64,000 nt of DNA from Ministeria vibrans ATCC 50519 (taxonomy: Eukaryota; Protista; Filasterea): positions 1 to 64,000 of the forward strand of contig CALSCP010000894.1 in NCBI GenBank assembly GCA_943704425.1, in the 5' to 3' direction. Position 1 is the stretch's first letter; each line of letters begins with the position of its first letter. Of this stretch, positions 38,173-50,100 are shown piece by piece. The position numbers and the translations under genes are program-made. The notes under the pieces are model-generated. The model worked only from the letters and a program-made list of their open reading frames with translations, did no database searches and was not told the DNA's origin.

Positions 38173-41100
38173 ATGACGCACGTCTTAGTGCTTCTTGCCA
38201 CACTTCTAAGCTGCTCGAGTACGTTTCACACCTTAGCGTTCCTTTTCAAAAAAGCGCATCGAGAGTTGTTACGTCACAAACCATTCTTATCACTGCAATC
38301 GCCGTCGCCACGCTCGCTCGCCCCGCCATGCCATTTAACCCGCGGCTTTGGTCCGCTTTTACCTGTTGTCCCATCCAATGAAGCACTCTTTTGTGCGTTG
38401 TCATGGAAAACCCGGAAAATTAAAAAAAAACGCTTACGTATATCTTTTTTTAATATAATTGCCCTTCTTAGGACTATCTTTAGGAGGTGTCACCACGACA
38501 GCCTTTGGTGTTGAGGTGGAGTTTGCCGGGCGAGGCAGCATTGCGCTGCGCCACGTCAACGAGGCGGCTGTCGACAATTATCTGCTGGTTGTTTCGCTGG
38601 TTGCACGTCACTACGCACCCGATGAATATCCGCTCACTTCCCACACGGTTCGCATGGCGCCCCACCCCACCATGCCAGACCGGTTTCCACCTCGTCGCCT
38701 GCACTCTGTCGTGTGGACGGATCCGCAGGGGCGTCCCTGGCGAGTCGAGCCCGAGTACGTCTCACACGGTGTCTATGACGGCTATGAGCTTGTCTCACCC
38801 CCCATGAGCAACGCGAGCGAATTTGCCGCTGCCCTTCACGACGTCCTTGCCTCCGGTCTGGTGGGTGCTGGTGAGCGCAGCGCCACACACATTCATGTTG
38901 ACGCCCAGGCGTTGCTGCAGTGTGAGGCCCCCGGTCTCGCCCTTGCCAACCTCCTCATCCTCAGCGAAAACTACGACGAGGTCGTGCGCGCACTCTTTGG
39001 CACCCGCCATAACGGTGGCGCCGACAATGAGTTCTCTCTGTCGCTCCAACGCTCCCATCCAAAGCTCCTCCGCCAACTTACTGCACTGTCTGCGACCGAA
39101 CGCACAATGACACAAATTGTCGCGATCTTCGACCAGCACCGCAACCACGAGCTGCTGCGCTACGGCGGCGACAAGACCAAGTTGTGGAAGTATCTCGCAG
39201 TGAGCCCTGCGTCACTTGTCAACCTCGAGCCTGACCATCATCGTCACGGCAGCCAGACTGGTGGTACCATTGAGTTCCGTGCCTTTGACGTGTTCCCTCG
39301 CGACTGGCAGTATGTCGCGGCCATTGAATTTGCGCGCGCCCTTGTCAACCATGCTGTCGAGCTTGCTCGCGATAACCATGCCGTCACTTTCAAGTTGGTC
39401 CCCGTCAACACCTCGACCATTGAAACGCTCCTGCGCACTCTTCAACTGGACCAACTCGACGTCTTCCATCGGCTGCCCCTCGACAGCAACAGCAACAGTG
39501 ACGATGATTCCATCAGCCGCGACTTCTCCGTCGACTCGTCTCAGCTCATGCGCGACCGTCGCAACACGGACTGCATTGAACCATGTCAAAATGGTGGCAC
39601 TTGCAGCTGTGCCATTGACACCAAAGGGTCCACCTGCGAGTGTGTGTGCGAACCGAGCTTTACTGGTCTCTCGTGCGAGTCTGTTGTCGACACCTGTCTT
39701 TCCAATCCTTGTCCTCCACCCCACAGCGCCTGCACCGGCCACGGCACATCCAATGGAATGGACACACTCGTGGTCGCTGACGCATACGCCGCGTCCTCCT
39801 TCACGCTTCAGATTGACCTGGGCAGTGCGTCCGTGAGCTCCCCGAGCGGCGGTGGCACCGTCATTGTCACCACTGCCATCGACGTCAACGATGCCAATGA
39901 GTTTGTCAGCATCACTGCCGGTGGCCAGCGTTTCGACTTCTTTTTTGGCAGCGAAAACCTTCCCGACTGCGATCTTCAGGAATCCAGTGCTGACCTCACA
40001 CCCGCCGAAATGGCCTCCTTCCTTCAGAATGCCACCGCTGCCGGTGTAGTGCCCGTTACTGTCTCTCCCGTGGGCCTCACCACCCCCTGTGTGGACCCCT
40101 CCGTCACCGTTCAGGTCATCAACTACGCCATTGGCTTCAGCTGTGACTGTCAAGTGGGATTTACTGGCGCTTCCTGCGAGACAAACATCGACGACTGTCA
40201 AGTGGACACATGCGCAAACGGTGGCACTTGCCTTGACGGCGTCGAATCGGTTCTCTGCGAGTGTGTCACGGGATTCACCGGTGACTTTTGCGATGTGCCT
40301 ACCGACGAGTGTGCCTCGTCACCCTGCCAAAACGACGGTGCATGTTTTGACAGCGTCAACACCTTCTTCTGCTCCTGCCCCACCGGCTTCGAAGGGGACT
40401 TTTGCGAGACAGACCTCGACGAGTGTGCGTCGAGCCCCTGTCGCAACGGCGGCACCTGCAACAACCTTGACGGATTCTTTCACTGCGACTGCCCCCTGGG
40501 CTTCTCTGGCACTGACTGTGGCGTCAACGACGACGAGTGTGGCTCGTCACCATGCGAAAACGGTGGCACATGTCTCGACGCAGTTGACGGCTTTACGTGT
40601 GCGTGTACCTCGGGTTTTGTCGGCGCTCTTTGCCATGAGGACGCTGACTCGTGTGCCTCGTCGCCTTGCGCGCCTCCCATGAGTGTGTGCACACCACACG
40701 GCAGTGCTTCGGGCAACTCCGTTCAGCATATTCCCGATGTCTACTCGGCGTCCTCGTACACGCTCTCCTTTGACCTGGGTGTCGCCTCGGTGGGCTCCGT
40801 GGGCGGTCAGCTTGCCGTCAACGGCGCTATCGATGTCAACGAACCTTCCGAGTTCATTCGCGTCCAGGCGGGCTCGCAATCGTTTGACGTGTTCAATGGC
40901 GAAGAGGAACTCAGTGACTGTGCCGCCCAGAGTCTTGTTCTTGATTTCACCCTTACCGAGTGGAATCGCTTCACCGAGAGCCTCTCGCCCAATGGCATCC
41001 TCAACGTGACAGTCACTCCGGTGGGTGTAAACACGCCCTGTGTTGACCCGTCGCTCACCGTTGAGCTAACGAGCTACGCCGCTGGCTTCCAGTGCGCGTG

Positions 41101-44100
41101 TGACCCGGGATTCACGGGTGCCTCGTGCGAGACCAACATTGACGAGTGTGCCGCTCTCCCCTGCCAAAACGGCGGTACTTGTTTTGACAGCATCAATGCA
41201 TTTTTCTGCCTCTGCGCGAGGGGATTTACCAACGACGTGTGCGATCAAGAGCTTGACGAGTGTGAGTCGGAGCCGTGCCTGAACAACGGGGTGTGCCAGG
41301 ACACTGTCAACGGGTTCGTCTGCAATTGTGAGCAGGGCTACACGGGCACACTGTGCCAAAGCGATACGAACGAATGTCTTTCGGCACCCTGTTTCAATCA
41401 GGGTACGTGCGAGGACCACGCGGGGTTTTTTGCGTGCCAGTGCCTAACGGGATTCTCCGGTATTGACTGCTCAATCGACGAAGACGAATGTCTTTCCTTG
41501 CCCTGTGCCAACGGCGGAACGTGCACGGATGCGGTCGCTGGCTTTACCTGCGCGTGTTCTGCTCAGTTTGTGGGTACCACGTGCAACAATGACGTCGACA
41601 GCTGTATGTCATCTCCTTGTTCGCCTCCCATGGACGTGTGCATTGCGCATGGTTCCGAGTCGGCAAGCGACACACAAGTTATTGCCAATGCGTACACTCA
41701 GGCATCGTACACGCTCACCATGAACTTGGGTGCTGCTGGTGCCAGTGCCGTCTCGGGCACGCTCGCTGTAACCACGTCGGCCGATGTAAACAGTCTCTCG
41801 GAAATTGTGCGTGTCGCTGCTGGAGGTCAATCCTTTGACTTTTTTAATCTGGTGGATGAGGCTGACAACTGCACGACACAGTCAGCGCTGCTCACACTCA
41901 CTCCTAACGAATGGTCGTCGTTCATGCAAGCGTCCTCCAATGGTCAGGTGGACCTAACTGTCACGCCCATCGGTCTTGACTCGCCCTGTGTCGACCCGTC
42001 CATTACTGTGACCCTCGCGAGCTACCCGCCGGGCTTTCAGTGCGCCTGTCAGCCTGGTTTTACCGGTACTGCGTGCGAGACAAACATTGACGACTGTGCC
42101 CCGTCACCCTGTGACAATGGTGCAACATGTGTCGATCTTGTGAATACTTTTTCGTGCATCTGCGACGAGGGATTCTCGGGCGAAGCGTGCGAGGAGGACA
42201 TTGACGAGTGCCTGTCGGAGCCGTGCCTCAACAATGCCGCGTGCTTCGACGATCCAGGCACCTTTGTGTGCGAGTGTCTGGCTGGCTTCACTGGTGCTCG
42301 GTGCGAGACAGACATCAACGAGTGTGCCTCGGCACCGTGCGTGAACGGCGCCACATGTGTCAATCACGATGGGTTTTTTGAGTGCCAGTGTGTACCGGGG
42401 TTTTTTGGCGAACGCTGCGAGACTAACCAAGACGAATGTGGGTCGTCTCCGTGCGAGAATGGTGCAACGTGCACGGATTCAATAGATGGCTTTACGTGTA
42501 CGTGTGCCAGCGAATTTAACGGAGTGCGGTGCGAAAATGCCATTGCATCGTGTCTGTCGTCGCCCTGTGCAGCACCCATGGACGTCTGCATTGCACACGG
42601 CCCCACAACAAGCTTAACCTCGGCTGCGGTCCCCGATGCCTACACGGCACCAAGCTACACGCTCACGCTTAATCTGGGCCCCGGTGTGGCCAGCTTGGCG
42701 GTCAGTGCAACGCTCACTGTGACTTCGTCTATTGACATCAACCAACTCGGCGAGTACATATTCGTGGCGGCTGGCGCGCAATCCTTTGACTTCTTCAACA
42801 TTGACGAGACCCTTGACAACTGCACACTGCAGACGGCAACTATCGATATGACTCTCAGCGAAGTGTCGCTCTTTCTTCAGGACGCCTCGCCCGTGGGCCA
42901 AGTCAATGTGACCGTCACCCCGACGGGCGTTACCATGCCGTGTCTTGACCCGTCCATCAGCATCACCTTGGAAACGTACGAGGCCGGCTTTCTTTGCGTT
43001 TGTCCGAGTGGCTTCACCGGCGCCGCCTGTGAAATCAACATTGACGATTGTCCGCCCTCCGTGTGTGCCAATGGAGGCTCCTGCGTGGATGGCGTGAATG
43101 CCTTTTCCTGTACCTGCAGTCAGGGCTTCACCGGCGAATTTTGCGAGGAAAATGTCAACGAATGTCTCTCGGAACCCTGCCTCAACTTGGGTCAGTGCGT
43201 TGATGGCGTCGGCGGCTACACTTGCTCGTGCGTGGCGGGCTTTACAGACCTTGACTGTGGCGTCGACATCAACGAATGCACTTCGTCGCCTTGCCTTAAT
43301 GGTGGCACTTGTGAAGACCATTCGGGCTTCTTTGCCTGTCAATGTCTGCCTGGATACTCCACAAACGATTGCTCGATCAACAACGACGAGTGTGCCTCAG
43401 CGCCTTGCCAGAACGGTGGTACCTGCGTCGACGGAGTCGATGGGTTTGCCTGCACGTGTCCCGCTGAGTTTCTCGGCTCGTCCACCTGCAACACGCGCAC
43501 TAACGCGTGTCAGTCGTCACCGTGCAGCGCCCCAATGGACGTGTGTACGGCACACGGGCCCGCAAGCGGCTCCGACTCGCATGTCATTGCCGATGCCTAC
43601 ACGTCGTCGCACTTTTCATTTACACTCGATTTGGGCCCACAGTCGTCCACCACCGCCGGCGGGCTTTTGCTTGTGGAGACAGCCATTGATGTGAACGAAC
43701 TATCCGAGTCGGTGCGCGTAAGCGCGGGCAATCAAGTGTTCGACTTTTTCAACTCGGGTGACGTTGACCTGCCCGACTGTACGCAGCAGTCGCTCGTGGC
43801 CGAGTTGACTGGCAACGAAATGGCAGGCCTGATGCAAGACTCGCTAGATGGGGTGGTTACGGTGAATGTGACTTTGTTTGGTGTGGACACGACCTGTCCG
43901 CAGACGTCGCTCACGGTCGAACTGACAAACTATGCGCCCGGCTTTCTTTGTGGTTGTGCTACCGGCTTTACCGGTACGGCGTGCGAGACCAACATAGACG
44001 ACTGTGGTGTCGAGGCGTGCCTCAATGGTGGAACGTGTGTGGATGGTGTCGAGTCGTTTTCATGTGTGTGTGCTACTGGATTTTTTGGTGAGAGCTGTTC

Positions 44101-47100
44101 TCTCAACGTGGACGAGTGTGCCTCGCAGCCATGCATCAACGGTGGCGTGTGTGTTGACGGTGCCAACAGTTTTGTCTGTCAATGTCCTGCCGGCTTTACC
44201 GGTGCCGATTGCACGCAGAATGTCGACGAATGTCTTTCGCAACCTTGCCTGAATGGGGGCTCTTGCTCGGAGAGTGTCAACGATTTTGCTTGTGTGTGTC
44301 CACTCGAGTTTACTGGCGCGCTCTGCGGGTCCGCCATTGACTTTTGTGCGTCATCTCCCTGCGTGGAGGTGTGCACCGCACACGGTAGCGCAACGAGTGT
44401 CGACTCGCACACCATTGTCGATGCATACACCGCCCCCATGTACTCCTTCTTGCTCAATGTGGGCTCCAGCGCGAGCACGGGTGGCGGCCGTCTGACCGCA
44501 ACAACTGCCATTGATGTAAACGAGCCGGGTGAGTACGCAGTGGTGTCGGCAGGTGACGTCGCCTTCGAGTTTTTTCGCACCAGCAGCGGTGCACTGCCCA
44601 ACTGCACGTCGATTGAAGAACTTGCTGACTTGTCACCGAGTGAAATGGCGGCGCTTGTGCGTACCGCTGTCAATGGTCAAGTGCGTGTCAACGTGTCGCT
44701 TGTCGGTGTCGACACTCCCTGCGGCAACCCGTCGCTCACGGTGCAGTTGACCAACTTTGCAGCGGGATTCACATGCAGCTGCCGCGCTGGCTTTACTGGT
44801 GTTGATTGCGATGTGAACCTCGACGACTGTGTTGGAGATCCCTGCAAAAATGGTGCAACTTGTGTCGATGGAGTTCAGTCGCATGTGTGCGTGTGTGCTT
44901 CCGGCTACACTGGCACCGAGTGTGCCGAAGACATTAACGAATGCGCTTCAGCGCCGTGCGAAAACGACGGGACCTGCATCGACGCCGTTGCTGGGTTTGC
45001 GTGTGCTTGTGTCTCTGGGTACACGGGCGTCAGCTGCCAAGTGAACATTGACGAGTGTGCGTCAACTCCATGCGAGAACGGCAGTACATGTACCGATTTG
45101 GTCAACGAGTATTCCTGTTTGTGTGCATCTGGATACACTGGAAACGAATGCGAAGTTGACATTGACGAGTGCGCGTCTCAGCCGTGCGGTCTGGGCACAT
45201 GCAACGATGGCACGGGCAGCTTCACGTGTACATGTGGACCGCGCAACACGGGTGTATTCTGTGAGACGGCCATTACGGGTAACGACTGTGCGTCTCAGCC
45301 GTGCCAGAGTGGCGGCACCTGTCTCAATCTGTTTGAAGGTGTTCTCTGCCTGTGTCAGCAGGGCTTTACCGGCGAACTGTGCGAGACAGCCCAAGACGAC
45401 TGTGCGTCGACACCCTGCAGCGCTCCTCTGAGTGAGTGTGTCTCGCACGCGACCCAGACAGGCAACGCGACACACGTGGTGCCTGATATGTACGCAGCGG
45501 CGTCGTTCACGTTCACACTGGACCTGGGTACCGCGTCTACCTCGTCGGGGGGCGGTCTCGTGACGGCACGCACGTCCATTGATGTGAATGAAATCAACGA
45601 GTTTGTGCGTGTCTCTGCTGGCAGCATGAGCTTTGAGTTCTTCAACCTTTTTGAACAGGACGACTGCCAAGAGGATATTGTGGAGCTTGAGCTGACGGCA
45701 TCCGAGATGGCCGGTGTGATGCAGGGCTCCAACAATGGCATAGTGACGGTCACGGTGACTCCTGTGGGTGTGGACACGGCGTGTCCCGACACCTCGTTTA
45801 CCCTGACGCTGACCAACTATGCAGTGGGATTCACCTGCACGTGTCCCTCTGGATTCACGGGAGCCGCGTGCGAGACGAACATTGACGATTGTGTGTTTGC
45901 ATGCGACAACGGGGGCACATGCCTTGATGGTGTTGAGTCCTTTGTGTGTTTGTGCGCCACGGGCTTTTCCGGCAATGACTGCGTTGAGAATATTGACGAG
46001 TGTGCCTCGACGCCTTGTCTCAACGGCGGCAACTGCGACGACGGTGTCAATAGCTACGTGTGCGTGTGTACAAGTGGATTTACCGGCGATCTGTGCGAGA
46101 CGGACATTGACGAGTGTGCGTCGCTGCCGTGCCACGGAGGGGGCACTTGTGTCGACTCCGTGGACGGCTTCACCTGTGAGTGCCCGTCGGGACGCACTTC
46201 GACGGACTGTTCGGCGGACACCGACGAGTGTGCTTCGGCACCTTGCAAAAACAGCGCGACATGCGTCAACCTCGACGATCGTTTCAGTTGTGTGTGTCCT
46301 GCTGGGTTCACCGGAATTTTGTGCGAGGTGGATATCGACGAGTGTGCGTCTGCTCCGTGCGAAAATGGTGGCTCGTGCACTGATGCGGGCGCAAATATCT
46401 TTACCTGTGCGTGCGCATCGGGATTTTCGGGCTCTACGTGTACAGTTGACATTGACGAGTGTGCCTCTGCGCCTTGCCACAACAGCGGCACATGTACAAA
46501 CTTGATAAATGCGTTCGCCTGCACCTGCGTCGTTGGTTTCACTGGGGCAGCGTGTGATGTCGACCAAGACGAGTGCACTTCAGCGCCGTGTGAGAATGGC
46601 GCCACGTGCACCAATGCTGGTTTGAATGCGTTTACCTGTACATGTGTGGCGGGATTTTTTGGCGCGACGTGCGCTTCGAATATTGACGAGTGTGCGTCGA
46701 CTCCGTGCCTGAATGGAGCCACCTGCGACGATGATGTGAACGGGTTTGTGTGTGTGTGTCTTTCAGGGTTTAGCGGGACCCTCTGCGCTGACAATGTCGA
46801 TGAGTGTGAGTCGCAACCGTGTCAGAACGGCGCGTCTTGTGTGGATGGTCAGGGATCGTTTGCGTGTGCCTGTGTGACGGGATACACTGGCCCTGCTTGC
46901 GAGTTTGACGTTGACGAGTGTGTGTCCTCGCCGTGTGCCAATGGTGCAACCTGTTTCAACACCATTGGCAGTAGTATGTGTGTGTGCGTGCAAGGGTACA
47001 CAGGCTCTCGCTGCACCGATGAGATTGACGAATGTGTTTCCAGCCCCTGCCTGAACGGGGCGACGTGTGCCAACGACGCGTTCAACATTGGCGAGTTTAT

Positions 47101-50100
47101 TTGCACGTGTGCCGCCGGCTTTACTGGCAGTCAATGTGCGATTGACATTGACGACTGTGCGTCGGCACCGTGTGCTAACGGAGCAACGTGCCAGGACGGT
47201 TTTTCACAGTACACATGTGTGTGCGCGTCAGGGTACACGGGGGTCGCGTGTGTTTCTGACATTGACGAGTGCCTCTCGTCTCCCTGCGGGAACGGTGGTT
47301 CCTGTGTTGACCAGCCCGGTGCTTATCAGTGCCAGTGTGTTGCAGGCTTTTTTGGCATTCGCTGTCAGACCAACGTTGATGAGGTAACAGAGAAGAGCTA
47401 AGAGAGCAGAACAGAACATGAAAGGATTATTATGAATAATTTATTTTGATATTAATAATATTATTATAATTTTTTTCTTCTTATTTTATAATTATTTTTA
47501 GTGCGCCTCGAGTCCGTGTGTCAATGCGGGCACATGTCTGCAGACGAGCGAGAATGATTTGTGGACGTGCGTGTGTGCGGCAGGATATACAGGTGTACAA
47601 TGCGAGTCTGAGGTTGACGAGTGTGCTTCTGTGCCGTGTACAAATGGAGGTACGTGTGTTGATGCAGGATTCAACATGTTTACGTGCACTTGTGCGCTGG
47701 GATTTGCGGGTCCGCTGTGTTCTGTGAACGTTGACGAGTGCGCGTCGACTCCGTGCCAGAATGGTGCAACGTGCACCGATGGAGTGTCATCGTACTTGTG
47801 TGTGTGCGCCACTGGATTTACCGGCAGCGTGTGTGAAAGTGACGTGAACGAGTGTGCCTCAAACCCATGTAACAATGGCGGAACGTGCAATGACGGCGCC
47901 GCCACATTCAGCTGTGTGTGTGCTGCAGGATTTAATGGCATTGACTGTGCCATCAATGTGAATGAGTGTGCGTCACTCCCATGTCATAATGGTGCGTCAT
48001 GTCGCGATGGTGTCCTGTCGTACGAGTGCGAGTGCCCTGCCGGATACACAGGCATTCTATGCGAATCGGATGTGGACGAATGTGCCTCACAGCCGTGTCA
48101 GAATGGCGGCAGTTGCTTGGCACCAGCTTCCGGGGCCTTTGTGTGTGGCTGTGTGGCCGGCTACACTGGCAATGTGTGCCAAGTGGACACGGACGAGTGT
48201 GCGTCGTTGCCGTGCCAGAATGGCGGCTCATGTACCGACCAAGTCAACGGCTTTGCCTGTGCCTGTGTTCAAGGTTACTTCGGCAGCCTGTGCGAGAATG
48301 ACATTGACGAATGCCAGTCGTCTCCCTGTCTCAACGGAGCCACGTGCTCCCAAGGGTCGGTTGCCAACTTGTGGACGTGCGAGTGTCCCGTGGGTTTTAC
48401 TGGAGTTGCTTGTCAATCTGAAATTCAAGAGGTACGCGGAGAAGATGTAATTTTAATGATGAATGTTCATCAGCTGTTTTATCTTTGTTATTCTTTGTTT
48501 AATTTTTGTGTTATTAAAATAATAATTCAATGTTTTCTTGATTAAATCTTTCTGTGTTTCTAGTGTGCTTCGAGTCCGTGTGTTAATGGTGGAACATGCG
48601 ATGAGGGAACGTCTGTGGACAGCTGGGTTTGCATGTGTGTGAATGGATTCACGGGAGTTGACTGTGCTTTTGATGTGAACGAATGTGCGCCAGAGCCGTG
48701 TCTGAATGAGGGAGTGTGCAGTGAGATTCCCAATGGCGGAGGATTCAGCTGTGCCTGTGCTGTTGGGTTCACGGGTGTGCAGTGTGAGTCGGATGTGGAC
48801 GAGTGTGCGTCGTCGCCGTGTCATCCGTTGTCGTCGTGTGTCAATATCGAGGCACAGTTCTACTGCGTGTGTGCCGAGGGTTTTTTTGGCGACTTGTGCG
48901 AGACGGAGGTGGACGAGTGTCTTTCGGACCCCTGCGAGAATAGTGGAACATGCCAGGATCTGGTGGACGGCTTCAACTGCGCTTGTCCCGTTGGCTTCAC
49001 CGGCGACGTGTGTGATGTGGACACGCTCGACGAGTGCGCGTCGTTCCCCTGTCATGGTGGAGGCACGTGTGTCGAGGACGACACGGGGAAGAGCTACACA
49101 TGTGCGTGCACGAGCAAGTACACGGGTGTAATGTGTGAGACGGACATTTTTGACGATTGTGCCTCGTCGCCTTGTCTCAACGGCGGCGTGTGTGCCACAT
49201 CCGTGTTTATCGAGAGTCAGGGGCAGGTTAACATTGAAAATGGCTATGTCTGTGGCTGTCCGACCGGATTTGTTGGAGATCGTTGTGAGAGCAACGTCAA
49301 CGAGTGCGACTCGTCTCCGTGTCAGAATGGCGGCGAGTGTTTTAACGGTGTCAACGCGTTCCTCTGCCAGTGTCCTCAGGGATTCGAAGGGAACACGTGC
49401 GAGGTGAGCGTGTCGCAGTGCAACTCGTCACCTTGCCACAACAACGGTGGGTGTCGTTCCGACGGTGCAGGCGGTTTCACTTGCTTGTGTTCTTCAGGGT
49501 TTGAGGGGGACCTGTGCGAGACAGATATTGACGAGTGTGCGTCGTCGCCGTGCGCCAACAGCGCCACCTGTGTCGATTTGGCTGGAGGGTTTCTGTGCAC
49601 CTGTGCGACGGGATTCACAGGAGCGACGTGTGGCAGTGACGCTGACGAGTGTACCTCTACACCGTGTGCCAATGGCGGAACATGTGTGGACGCCTTCAAT
49701 GCATTTACCTGTACTTGTGCGAGTGGCTACACCGGAGTTGATTGTGCTGTCGATGTGAACGAGTGCGAGTCGTCACCGTGCACCAACGGCGGCACATGCA
49801 TCAACTCGATCAACTTGTATGCCTGTGTCTGCGCTGTGGGCTTTACGGGATTCTCGTGTCAGAGTAACGTCGACGATTGCCAGTCGAATCCATGTGCGAA
49901 TGGCGGCACCTGCATTGACGGTCTTGCAACATTCACATGCCACTGTGCGCAGGGCTTTTTTGGCGCTGCGTGTGATGGCAACACCAACGAGTGCGCGTCG
50001 CAGCCGTGTGCGAATGGCGGGACTTGCCAAGACGCTGCAAATGGATTCAATTGTGTGTGTCCCTCTGGATTTAGCGGTGCCACCTGTGCGGAAGACGTCG

